Source: Bacteroides sp.
Lineage (GTDB): Bacteria; Bacteroidota; Bacteroidia; Bacteroidales; Muribaculaceae
DNA length: 64,000 nucleotides
Assembly (NCBI GenBank): GCA_014802175.1
Contig: JAAVCU010000021.1
Coordinates: 63,359 to 127,358 of the forward strand
Reading direction: 5' to 3'
In this document: piece after piece, positions 28,866 to 37,406 of the stretch
Numbering within the stretch: position 1 is the stretch's first letter
How the letters are laid out: each line of letters starts with the position of its first letter
The notes under the pieces: model-generated
What the model was told of the DNA's origin: nothing
Database searches by the model: none
What the model saw: only the letters and a program-made list of their open reading frames with translations
Program-made: the position numbers and the translations under genes

Positions 28866-29843
28866 ATGAAAAGATTTTTGTCAGTAGGATTGTTGATCCT
28901 ATGTTGTGTGCCTCTGTTTGCCAAAACACGTGCAGAGAAGATTCGAGAAGATTTGCTTTCACGCAATCCGAACAAAGTGTTTGTTGCCTCACATCGCGCC
29001 GATTGGCGTAATTGGCCTGAAAATTCAATTCCGGGCATCAACAGCGCCATCGATATGGGCGTGGATATTGTGGAGATAGATCTTCAGCTTACAAAAGACA
29101 GCGTGCTCATCATTATGCACGACGCGAAAGTGGACCGCACCACTACCGGTAAAGGAAAGATCTCAGACCTGACTTATGACGAGATCTCGAAGATGCGTCT
29201 GAAAAACGGGGCAAGTATCTATACACGTCACAAAGTTCCGACATTAGAGGAGGTGCTGAATCTTGCAAAGGGTAGAGTGATGCTTAACCTTGACAAGGCC
29301 GACCGCTATTTCGATCTTGTTTATGATCTTGCAAAGAAGACTGGCACCGAACGTCAGCTTATCATGAAGGGTCGCAAGCCTGCCAAAGAGGTTAAGGAGC
29401 TTTACGGCGATTATCTCGATGAGATCCTTTATATGCCTATTGTGCATCTCGATGATCAGAAGATGTTCCGTCAGCCATACGATGGTAAGGATCACGAACA
29501 GAAAGTTTACACCGCTGAAAAGATGAAGGCCGATCAGGATGCAGCCAAAGAGGAGATCAAGGATCATCTGGATATTCTGAATCCCTGCGCGTTCGAGATC
29601 CTTTACGGCACAGATGAGAATCCTCTCGCTGTCCAGCTTAAGAAGGATCTTAAAGGTAAATCGCTGATCTGGTATAATTGCCTTTGGGATACAATGGCTG
29701 CCGGACATGACGATGATGTATCAATGACCCACATCAACGATGGCTGGGGATTCCTTGTGGATAAGCTTGGAGCCGGCATCATTCAGACCGACCGCCCTGC
29801 AATGGTGATCGATTATCTTAGAAAGCGTAAACTTCACGATTAA
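28866..29843 (+). CDS. Glycerophosphodiester phosphodiesterase
   Basis: SHRA..PENS, EIDL, MHD..VDRTT, VPTLEE, IQTDRP; TATATTTG box at 28806-28813. Confidence 0.92.
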   Translation: MKRFLSVGLLILCCVPLFAKTRAEKIREDLLSRNPNKVFVASHRADWRNWPENSIPGINSAIDMGVDIVEIDLQLTKDSVLIIMHDAKVDRTTTGKGKISDLTYDEISKMRLKNGASIYTRHKVPTLEEVLNLAKGRVMLNLDKADRYFDLVYDLAKKTGTERQLIMKGRKPAKEVKELYGDYLDEILYMPIVHLDDQKMFRQPYDGKDHEQKVYTAEKMKADQDAAKEEIKDHLDILNPCAFEILYGTDENPLAVQLKKDLKGKSLIWYNCLWDTMAAGHDDDVSMTHINDGWGFLVDKLGAGIIQTDRPAMVIDYLRKRKLHD

Positions 29844-29870
29844 ACTGTAAAATATCTAACTGAAAGTATA

Positions 29871-31241
29871 ATGGAAACAATCCAACAGGCGCCGAAGAGC
29901 AACATCTTCACTCGCATACTGAATTTCTATAAGGTGTCGGCGCCGAATTACGATTCGACTGTGCCGCAGTCGAAATTCAAGAATATCCGTCTCGCCACAT
30001 TTATCTCAGCTACCTGCGGTTATGCACTTTATTATGTATGCCGCCTGAGTATGAATATCGTGCGCAAACCAATTGTTGACGATGGACTTTTCACCGAAAC
30101 AGAGTTGGGTATCATCGGATCGTGTCTTTTCTTTGTATATGCCGTAGGTAAGATGGCAAACGGCTTCCTTGCCGACCGATGCAATGCGCGCCGCTTTATG
30201 GCAACCGGTCTGCTGCTGACAGCCATTGTGAATCTTATTCTGGGTTTCACTAATATGTTTCTCGTGTTCGCGGTTTTATGGGGACTCAACGGCTGGTTCC
30301 AGTCGATGGGTGCGCCTGCGGGTGTGGTTTCTCTCAACCGCTGGTATGACAACAAAGACCGCGGAACATACTACGGATTCTGGAGTGCGAGTCACAATAT
30401 CGGTGAGGCCATCACATTCATCACTGTTGCCGCGCTTGTAGGTTTTGCCGGCTGGCGCTGGGGTATGATCGGTGCCGGCTTGGTCGGTTTGGTCGGTTTT
30501 GTTATGCTTCTCATGTTTATGCGTGACACCCCGCAGAGCATGGGTTTCATGCTTGCAGAAAAGACAGCAAGTGCTGACAAAAATCCGAAAGAGGAGACGG
30601 AAGATTACAACAAGGCGCAGATGATGGTGCTGAAGAACCCCGCTATATGGATTCTTGCAATCGGGTCGGCGTTTATGTATATCAGCCGCTATGCCGTGAA
30701 TTCATGGGGTGTGTTCTATCTTGAGGCACAGAAGGGTTATTCAAATCTTGATGCGAGTATGATGATCTCGGTCAGCTCCATCTGCGGTATCGTGGGAACA
30801 GTGTTCTCCGGTCTTATCTCCGATAAGCTTTTCAGGGGTTCACGTAATGTTCCGGCATTGGTATGCGGCTTGATGAACACAGCTGCTTTGTGTCTCTTCC
30901 TGCTTGTGCCGGGTCGTCATCTATGGCTTGACATCACCGCAATGGTTCTGTTCGGACTCGGAATCGGTGTGCTGATCTGCTTCCTTGGCGGACTTATGGC
31001 AGTGGATATCGCTCCGAAGGCAGCTGCCGGTGCCGCACTCGGTGTAGTTGGTATTGCGAGCTACATGGGAGCCGGTCTTCAGGATATCATGAACGGTATC
31101 CTTATCGAGGGGCATAAAACAGTAGTAAACGGCGTGGATGTTTACGATTTCACGGTTGTGAACTGGTTCTGGATCGGTTCGGCACTTCTCTCAACTGTGC
31201 TGACAGCCCTTGTGTGGAATGCAAAACGCGATGATCAGTAA
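29871..31241 (+). CDS. MFS organophosphate:phosphate antiporter (GlpT/UhpT family)
   Basis: YYVCR, GFLADR, GWFQSMG, WSASHNIG; multiple TM helices; adjacent to GDPD. Confidence 0.9.
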   Translation: METIQQAPKSNIFTRILNFYKVSAPNYDSTVPQSKFKNIRLATFISATCGYALYYVCRLSMNIVRKPIVDDGLFTETELGIIGSCLFFVYAVGKMANGFLADRCNARRFMATGLLLTAIVNLILGFTNMFLVFAVLWGLNGWFQSMGAPAGVVSLNRWYDNKDRGTYYGFWSASHNIGEAITFITVAALVGFAGWRWGMIGAGLVGLVGFVMLLMFMRDTPQSMGFMLAEKTASADKNPKEETEDYNKAQMMVLKNPAIWILAIGSAFMYISRYAVNSWGVFYLEAQKGYSNLDASMMISVSSICGIVGTVFSGLISDKLFRGSRNVPALVCGLMNTAALCLFLLVPGRHLWLDITAMVLFGLGIGVLICFLGGLMAVDIAPKAAAGAALGVVGIASYMGAGLQDIMNGILIEGHKTVVNGVDVYDFTVVNWFWIGSALLSTVLTALVWNAKRDDQ

Positions 31242-31281
31242 AACATATCATCATTTAAAACGTTGAAATAATAAAGAATAT

Positions 31282-31313
31282 GTTGCGGGTGTACGGTTCA
31301 GTGCGCCCGCAAC
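31282..31313 (+). terminator. Stem-loop after the MFS gene
   Basis: GTTGCGGGTGTAC/GTGCGCCCGCAAC; no clear U tract. Confidence 0.55.
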
Positions 31314-31344
31314 GAATATCAATTACCATTAAAGAATTTATATT

Positions 31345-31698
31345 ATGGAAGCAAAGAAAAGGTTGTATATCGTAAGTTTCGGGGACTCAGATAAATATCG
31401 TGTAGAGTTCGAGGACATTGCTAATGTAGATGCATTTCATCATACCAATCCCTTGAAAGATGTTGAGGCAGAGATTGAAAGCTATCTTAGACATCTTTTC
31501 CCCGGTCAGCCTATGGCTTATTATGACACACCGAAGATCGAGGAGATTAATTGGGAAGACAGAGAGAAATATAGTTCATATCCTGTGCTTGATGAGGCCG
31601 CGGTTAAGAAGATAGAGGCTGAACTCAAGGTAGAGGTCGAGAATCGCGGCGATCAGGATATGCTCGACAGCAACGCCCCCTACGCTGAGACTAACTGA
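31345..31698 (+). CDS. Hypothetical acidic protein (117 aa)
   Basis: AT-rich leader before ATG; TGATG overlap with anSME; no recognisable motif. Confidence 0.7.
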   Translation: MEAKKRLYIVSFGDSDKYRVEFEDIANVDAFHHTNPLKDVEAEIESYLRHLFPGQPMAYYDTPKIEEINWEDREKYSSYPVLDEAAVKKIEAELKVEVENRGDQDMLDSNAPYAETN

Positions 31699-32924
31699 TG
31701 AGTCAGATTCAGCTCCCATTTGCCCGCCCGCTTTACGTGATGAGTAAGCCGGTGAGCTCTATGTGCAATCTCAATTGCAAGTATTGCTATTATCTGGAGA
31801 AGGCCAACCTTTATCGCGACGAAGATAAAGTGGGGCGCTTCACCATGAGCGATGAGATGCTTGAGCGTTTTATCCGCGAATATATCGAATCACAGACAAT
31901 GCCTCAGGTTCTCTTCTCCTGGCACGGAGGGGAGGCTCTGATGCGTCCGTTGTCGTTCTATAAGCGCGCCGTAGAGCTGCAGAAGCGTTACGGCAGAGGA
32001 TTGCAGATCGACAATTCAATCCAGACCAACGGCACACTCCTTACCGATGAGTGGTGTGAATTCTTTCGGGAGAACGGTTGGCTTGTAGGTGTGTCGATAG
32101 ATGGCCCGCAGGAGTTTCACGATGAATACCGTCGCAACAAGATGGGTCAGCCTTCATTCCGTAAGGTGATGCAGGGAATTAACCTGCTAAACAAGCACGG
32201 TGTGGAATGGAATACGCTTGCGGTTGTGAATGATTACAATGCGGATTATCCTTTGGAATTCTACAATTTCTTCAAGGAGATAAATTGCAGGTATATACAG
32301 TTCACACCGATTGTGGAGAGGTTGTTCAAGCACACAGACGGCCGACACCTTGCGTCGCCGCAGGATTACGGCGATGTGCCATTAGCAGACTTCTCCGTTA
32401 CACCCGAGCAGTGGGGGGAGTTTCTTGTGACGCTTTTTGACGAGTGGGTAAAGGAAGATGTTGGAAAATATTTCATACAGCTTTTTGACGCGACGCTCGC
32501 AAACTGGGTTGGGCAAGCTCCCGGAGTGTGTACGATGGCCCGAACCTGCGGTCACGCCGGTGTGATGGAATATAACGGCGATGTCTACAGTTGCGACCAT
32601 TTTGTGTTCCCGGAATATAAATTGGGAAATATCCGCACGAAGACGCTTGTGGAGATGATGTATAGCGAACGCCAGCAGCAGTTCGGTCTGGATAAGTATG
32701 CGAAACTCCCTTCGCAGTGCAAGAATTGCGAATTTCTGTTTGCTTGCAATGGAGAGTGCCCGAAAAACCGCTTTGCGTTTACTGCAGATGGCGAGCCGGG
32801 TCTGAATTATCTTTGCGCCGGATATAAACGCTTCTTCCGCCATGTGGCTCCCTATATGGAGTTTATGAAAAAAGAGCTGGAGGCGGGAAGGCCTCCAGCA
32901 AATGTTAACGGAATGAGATTCTGA
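31698..32924 (+). CDS. chuR: Anaerobic sulfatase-maturating enzyme (radical SAM/SPASM)
   Basis: CNLNCKYCYY, WHGGE, QTNG, SIDG, YSCDHF, CKNC...CNGECPK. Confidence 0.93.
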   Translation: MSQIQLPFARPLYVMSKPVSSMCNLNCKYCYYLEKANLYRDEDKVGRFTMSDEMLERFIREYIESQTMPQVLFSWHGGEALMRPLSFYKRAVELQKRYGRGLQIDNSIQTNGTLLTDEWCEFFRENGWLVGVSIDGPQEFHDEYRRNKMGQPSFRKVMQGINLLNKHGVEWNTLAVVNDYNADYPLEFYNFFKEINCRYIQFTPIVERLFKHTDGRHLASPQDYGDVPLADFSVTPEQWGEFLVTLFDEWVKEDVGKYFIQLFDATLANWVGQAPGVCTMARTCGHAGVMEYNGDVYSCDHFVFPEYKLGNIRTKTLVEMMYSERQQQFGLDKYAKLPSQCKNCEFLFACNGECPKNRFAFTADGEPGLNYLCAGYKRFFRHVAPYMEFMKKELEAGRPPANVNGMRF

Positions 32925-32929
32925 GCCGA

Positions 32930-32969
32930 GAGCGAAGCTCCCTAAACACAACCGCTTCGCGAGGGCTAA
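32930..32969 (+). repeat. REP-like repeat family A, copy 3
   Basis: GAGCGAAGCTCCCTAAACACAACCGCTTCGCGAGGGCTAA, 5 nt after the anSME stop. Confidence 0.88.
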
Positions 32970-32974
32970 CGGCT

Positions 32975-33036
32975 CTCCAGATTTGGCAGCTAACTCCAGA
33001 TTTGGCAGCTAACTCCAGATTTGGCAGCTAACTCCA
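32975..33036 (+). repeat. 19-bp perfect tandem repeat x3 plus a partial unit
   Basis: CTCCAGATTTGGCAGCTAA x3, then CTCCA. Confidence 0.93.
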
Positions 33037-33047
33037 AACTTTTTCTC

Positions 33048-34583
33048 TTAAGAGAGGGAGAGGGTGACGATGCTCTTAGCGGGGAGTGTTACGATAAGTT
33101 TCCCTTTTGAGACTTTCCATCCTTTTGTGAAGGGTTGGAGAGAGATGGTCTGAGGATGATCAAAGTCGTTGTAATCGGTGATTTTCTGAGAAGTCAGAAT
33201 TTCACCGGTTATATTTTTTGCACTGATGCCTGAAAGGTCGATAGTGATTTCCGCCGGTTCGTTGAGGTCGGTGTTTACAAGCGAAAGGGCAGTCTTGCCA
33301 TCCTTTACCGAGGCAGTGGCATCAACGACGGGTACCTGACGGCCGTCGCGAGCGCGGATCATGGGTGTAGCCACGTTCAGCGGAATCAGTTTTGCATCCT
33401 GATGCGGGAGATACATCTTGAAGACGTAATATGTCGGGGTGAGAACCATTTTATCACCTTTGGTGAGCACCATCGACTGAAGCACGTTGGCGATCTGCGC
33501 GATGTTGGTCATCTTGACGCGATCGGTGAATCTGTGGAATACGTTGAGACTGAGTGCTGCCACCATTGCATCGCGCATGGAATTCTGCTGGTAGAGGTGT
33601 CCGGAGATAGTGCCGGGTTCCTCATCCCACCATGTTCCCCATTCGTCGACGAGAAGACCGATGCGTTTCTTGGGGTCGTACTTATCCATAATGTCGCAAT
33701 GACGCTTCACAACATCTTTAATCTCAAGACACTTTCCGAGGGTCCAGTAGTAATCCTCGGGAGTGAAGTCGATAGCAGAACCTTTGCGTCCGGACCATCC
33801 GAGCACTGTGTAGTAATGAAGAGATATGCCATCCATCTGGTTGCGTGCGTTGCGCATCATCACGTCCGTCCAGTTGTAGTCGTAATCGCTTGCACCTGAC
33901 GCGATCTTGTATAGCTTGTTGCCGTCGTAGTTGCGGCAGTAAGTCTGATAGCGGCGATAGACATCGGCATAATATTCGGGGCGGAAATTACCACCACATC
34001 CCCAACTTTCGTTGCCGACACCGAGATATTTGAGATGCCAGGGTTTCTCACGTCCGTTCTGTTTGCGGAGGTTTGCCATCGGACCATCTTCCGCAGTGAT
34101 GTATTCAACCCATTTTGCGAGTTCTTCTACAGAACCGCTGCCGACGTTACCGCTCAGGTAAGGTTCGCAACCGAGTATTTCGCAGAGATCGAAGAAGTCA
34201 TGTGTGCCGAAGGAGTTGTCCTCGACAGTGCCTCCCCAGTTGTTGTTGACCATACGTGGGCGTGATTCGCGAGGACCGATACCGTCCATCCAGTGGTATT
34301 CGTCGGCGAAACAGCCGCCGGGCCATCGAAGCACCGGGATTTTAAGCTCTTTGAGGGCATTTAGGACGTCTGTGCGGTATCCACGGGTGTTGGGAATAGG
34401 AGAGTCTTCTCCGACCCACAGGCCGCCGTAAATGCAGGTTCCGAGGTGCTCGGCGAATTGTCCGTAGATCTCTTTTACGATCACAGGGCTTTCTTCAGAT
34501 GGCAGGAGGCGGATGTTGGCCTCGTTTGCTCCCAACGCGGGGAGTGCAAATGCGCAGAGTGCGATAACTGTTGAAAATTTCAT
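33048..34583 (-). CDS. Alpha-L-arabinofuranosidase, GH51
   Basis: [37 protein letters not shown]. Confidence 0.95.
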   Translation of the reverse strand: MKFSTVIALCAFALPALGANEANIRLLPSEESPVIVKEIYGQFAEHLGTCIYGGLWVGEDSPIPNTRGYRTDVLNALKELKIPVLRWPGGCFADEYHWMDGIGPRESRPRMVNNNWGGTVEDNSFGTHDFFDLCEILGCEPYLSGNVGSGSVEELAKWVEYITAEDGPMANLRKQNGREKPWHLKYLGVGNESWGCGGNFRPEYYADVYRRYQTYCRNYDGNKLYKIASGASDYDYNWTDVMMRNARNQMDGISLHYYTVLGWSGRKGSAIDFTPEDYYWTLGKCLEIKDVVKRHCDIMDKYDPKKRIGLLVDEWGTWWDEEPGTISGHLYQQNSMRDAMVAALSLNVFHRFTDRVKMTNIAQIANVLQSMVLTKGDKMVLTPTYYVFKMYLPHQDAKLIPLNVATPMIRARDGRQVPVVDATASVKDGKTALSLVNTDLNEPAEITIDLSGISAKNITGEILTSQKITDYNDFDHPQTISLQPFTKGWKVSKGKLIVTLPAKSIVTLSLS

Positions 34584-34617
34584 TTAAGGTTAATTTTGAG
34601 TTATTTATTATGGCAGG

Positions 34618-34657
34618 GAGCGGGGCTCCCTGAACACAACCGCTTCGCGAGGGCTAA
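34618..34657 (+). repeat. REP-like repeat family A, copy 4
   Basis: GAGCGGGGCTCCCTGAACACAACCGCTTCGCGAGGGCTAA. Confidence 0.9.
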
Positions 34658-34688
34658 TGGCATTCTGGACTTGAGCTCCAAAGGACCT

Positions 34689-34725
34689 GAGCGGGGCTTC
34701 CTGAACACAACCGCTTCGCGAGGGC
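34689..34725 (+). repeat. REP-like repeat family A, copy 5
   Basis: GAGCGGGGCTTCCTGAACACAACCGCTTCGCGAGGGC, 2 nt from the rnhA stop. Confidence 0.9.
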
Positions 34726-34727
34726 GG

Positions 34728-35390
34728 TTATTTTCTGCCGAAGTCGGCGGGGATCTCACCCCAGATTTCGGTTTGCCATTTGAGGATGCGCGCTGAGTAT
34801 TGATGGGTGTGAAGCCATGTCAGGGCGCGTTCCATCATCTGGAAACTTTTCTCGTTGACGGGTTCGCGTGTGAGCTGGGTCTTAATCTTGCGGTTGCGGA
34901 CCCATGCCATGCCGGTGACGGAATCTGAATAGATAGTGTGATTCTCACCCGTCTGATACATGAGGGCGAGGGCGTGGACGATGGCGAGAAATTCACCGAT
35001 GTTGTTTGTGGATTTCTCGAAAGGTCCGACACGGAAGAGTTCTCTGCCTGTCATCAATTCCACTCCGCGATATTCCATTCTGCCCGGATTTCCAAGGCAG
35101 GAGGCGTCGACAGCCCATCCGTTGAGGTCTATCTCCGGGAATGAGAAGTAATCGGGCTTACCCGATTCGGGGATATTCTTGCGTGATGAATTCAATATAA
35201 GATTGCCGAGGTCCGTCCGGTCTTCACGTATTTGTGATTTACGGAAGGCGTCAGCTGCTTCTTGCGCGGATGCAAAGCTTTTGAAGAGCGCACCGGGGAA
35301 GTTGTCGACTTGCTCCATAGCGTCGTCAAGATTGTCGTAGACACCGGGCTGGCGTCCTTTCCAAACAACGTAAAATCTTTTATTAGCCAT
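34728..35390 (-). CDS. rnhA: Ribonuclease HI with N-terminal hybrid-binding (viroplasmin-like) domain
   Basis: FYVVWKGRQPGVY; AVDASC.GNPG, TNNIGEF, YSDS, WGEIPADFGRK. Confidence 0.93.
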   Translation of the reverse strand: MANKRFYVVWKGRQPGVYDNLDDAMEQVDNFPGALFKSFASAQEAADAFRKSQIREDRTDLGNLILNSSRKNIPESGKPDYFSFPEIDLNGWAVDASCLGNPGRMEYRGVELMTGRELFRVGPFEKSTNNIGEFLAIVHALALMYQTGENHTIYSDSVTGMAWVRNRKIKTQLTREPVNEKSFQMMERALTWLHTHQYSARILKWQTEIWGEIPADFGRK

Positions 35391-35415
35391 CGATCATTAA
35401 CAATTAGTTATAGGA

Positions 35416-36423
35416 TTACTCCCGGTTGACCTCTTCTCGGTAATTGTAGTTGCGGCGGAGAGTATCGAATGCCGTAGGCTCTCCGCGGAGTAGATCTGTG
35501 TCTACGGCAGGATCATAGGAATCTACAATCTGCTGTGCAGTGATTGCGGCGGGATAAGCATATTTGGGTGCAAGTCCGGATTTGTCAACCTGAATGCCGA
35601 ACTCTTTCTCAATCTCTTCGAGCACCATGCGTGTGGCGCGCTCCTTCCCCTGACGTGAGTATCCGGCGATATGGAAGGTTGCGTATTCGGAGAGATCCAT
35701 AAGTTCGCGGTTGATTGTCGGTTCACCCTCCCATGTGTCGATGATGGTACGTATCTTTCCATTGCGGAGGGCATCTAAAACAGCTTCGGTGTCGATTACC
35801 GGTCCGCGGGCAGCGTTGACAAGTAATGCTCCCGGTTTCATCATAGCAACCTCTTTCTTCGAGATCAGATGGTAAGAAGGGTACTTGCCATCGCGGTGAA
35901 GAGGTGTGTGGAGGGTCACGGCATCAGATTCCTTGAGCAGTTGATCGAGTGGTGTGTAATCCCCCGGTATGCCGGCTTCCTCTTTAGGAGGATCATTCAC
36001 AAGTACCTTTGCTCCCAACATCTCTCCCCATCGCTTCACGATAGATCCGACATTGCCGCAACCGACAATGCCGAGGGTGTGACGCGCAGGATCAAACCCC
36101 TTTCTCAGGAGCGCCGACCAGACGTATTGCGCCACAGCGGGAGCGTTGCATCCCGGACTGTTGGCTATACGTATCCCTTGGCTTTCGCACCATGGGATAT
36201 CTATCTGGTCCATTCCGATTGTGGCGGTGGCGATAAGTTTCACGGATGTATTTTCCAGAAGTTCGCGGTTGCAAAGAGTACGGGTGCGGATAATCATTGC
36301 ATCCGCATCGCGAAGGTTAACGGGTGTGAATCCGAACTGATCTACATATTCCACATCTGCCACGGGTTCAAGCCGCCCGGCGATATAGGGTATATTATCG
36401 TCAATGAGTATTTTGGGTTTCAT
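35416..36423 (-). CDS. pdxB: Erythronate-4-phosphate dehydrogenase
   Basis: DDNIPY, IRTRT, TATIG, PGCNA, GCGNVG, HTPL, NAARG, HIAGYS. Confidence 0.9.
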   Translation of the reverse strand: MKPKILIDDNIPYIAGRLEPVADVEYVDQFGFTPVNLRDADAMIIRTRTLCNRELLENTSVKLIATATIGMDQIDIPWCESQGIRIANSPGCNAPAVAQYVWSALLRKGFDPARHTLGIVGCGNVGSIVKRWGEMLGAKVLVNDPPKEEAGIPGDYTPLDQLLKESDAVTLHTPLHRDGKYPSYHLISKKEVAMMKPGALLVNAARGPVIDTEAVLDALRNGKIRTIIDTWEGEPTINRELMDLSEYATFHIAGYSRQGKERATRMVLEEIEKEFGIQVDKSGLAPKYAYPAAITAQQIVDSYDPAVDTDLLRGEPTAFDTLRRNYNYREEVNRE

Positions 36424-37406
36424 AAAATTACCGGCAGGTAGCCGCTGATCATAAAGAAGTAAGCCACAAGATAAAGCGCAACGAACACGAAAATCAATGT
36501 GCCCGGGTGGCGCACGTTATGGAGTACGAAGAAGTTAGCCAGTTGCGCAGCCACAACGAAATATAATGTGGCGAAATATGCTGTGATATTGTCAGCATCG
36601 CAAATCATGCAAATGCTTACGGCAAAACCGAGAATAACGAGAGAATTGTTCATCAGACGGCGGCGCGTGTTGCCCGCATAGAGTTTAACCGCGTTAGAGA
36701 GCACCAGGATAACCAGCATAAGTATGGTTACGGCTCCATTCAGAAGCCCTATGAGCAGTGATTGCTTTGTGGCGAAATCTTCAAAAAGATTAGTTATTGA
36801 AGGATAGGAGAGTATGTCGAGAGGGATTATTCCGAATCCTATGCCGATCCAATAAGGGGTAATGAGTCCCATCAGGTATGCGAAGAAACTCTTGAAATGC
36901 AGGCATTTCAAAGTGGCGGCAATCAGCAGATAGACAGGAATCATGAATATGAAACCATATTCGGTCATGGACCCCAAAGCCAGAAGCACGCCTACGGTGA
37001 AAAGTTCCACTTGTCCTTTAGGAGATCGGTAGCAGTTGAAGAGGAGGTTGAGGCACAGGAGATTCGCCCCCATCAGAATCAGGGAAGAGGTAAGCAGACC
37101 GCTGATCCATGGATTGGAACCACAAAGGAAGATGAATGCAGCAGGAAAAACCGTATCGCTGGAAGATATGAAGTTGTAGGTCTTATTGAAGAATTGCAGT
37201 GCAATACCCAGAACGACCAACAGAACAAGATTCGTGATCCATGAAGCGATGTCCGGTATAGGCCATAGGTTAGGCGATGGCAAACAGATGCCGAGCATCC
37301 CCTCGAGATCCTGGGGATGTCCGACAAAAAATTCAAGAGCGCTGAGAGCGCATGCCATCAGGATTGCTATCAGCAGACCACCGTTACCTACGATCCTGTT
37401 TCTCAT
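36420..37406 (-). CDS. Polytopic membrane protein (DUF6427-like)
   Basis: Many hydrophobic segments; 4-bp overlaps with both neighbours. Confidence 0.7.
   Translation of the reverse strand: MRNRIVGNGGLLIAILMACALSALEFFVGHPQDLEGMLGICLPSPNLWPIPDIASWITNLVLLVVLGIALQFFNKTYNFISSSDTVFPAAFIFLCGSNPWISGLLTSSLILMGANLLCLNLLFNCYRSPKGQVELFTVGVLLALGSMTEYGFIFMIPVYLLIAATLKCLHFKSFFAYLMGLITPYWIGIGFGIIPLDILSYPSITNLFEDFATKQSLLIGLLNGAVTILMLVILVLSNAVKLYAGNTRRRLMNNSLVILGFAVSICMICDADNITAYFATLYFVVAAQLANFFVLHNVRHPGTLIFVFVALYLVAYFFMISGYLPVIL

Noticed and set aside
31698-32924. RiPP radical SAM maturase with an upstream precursor peptide
   Set aside because: Sequence matches anSME/ChuR throughout; a stand-alone anSME is normal in Bacteroidales; the upstream ORF lacks precursor features
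32975-33036. Possible mini-CRISPR array
   Set aside because: Units are contiguous with no spacers, only 19 bp long, and no cas genes are present
34618-34725. Two 37-bp direct repeats separated by 34 bp, resembling CRISPR repeat-spacer-repeat
   Set aside because: Only two units, no cas genes, and the same repeat occurs singly and inverted elsewhere; better explained as REP-like
34596-34796. 66-aa ORF
   Set aside because: Translation of two repeat copies, overlapping rnhA antisense
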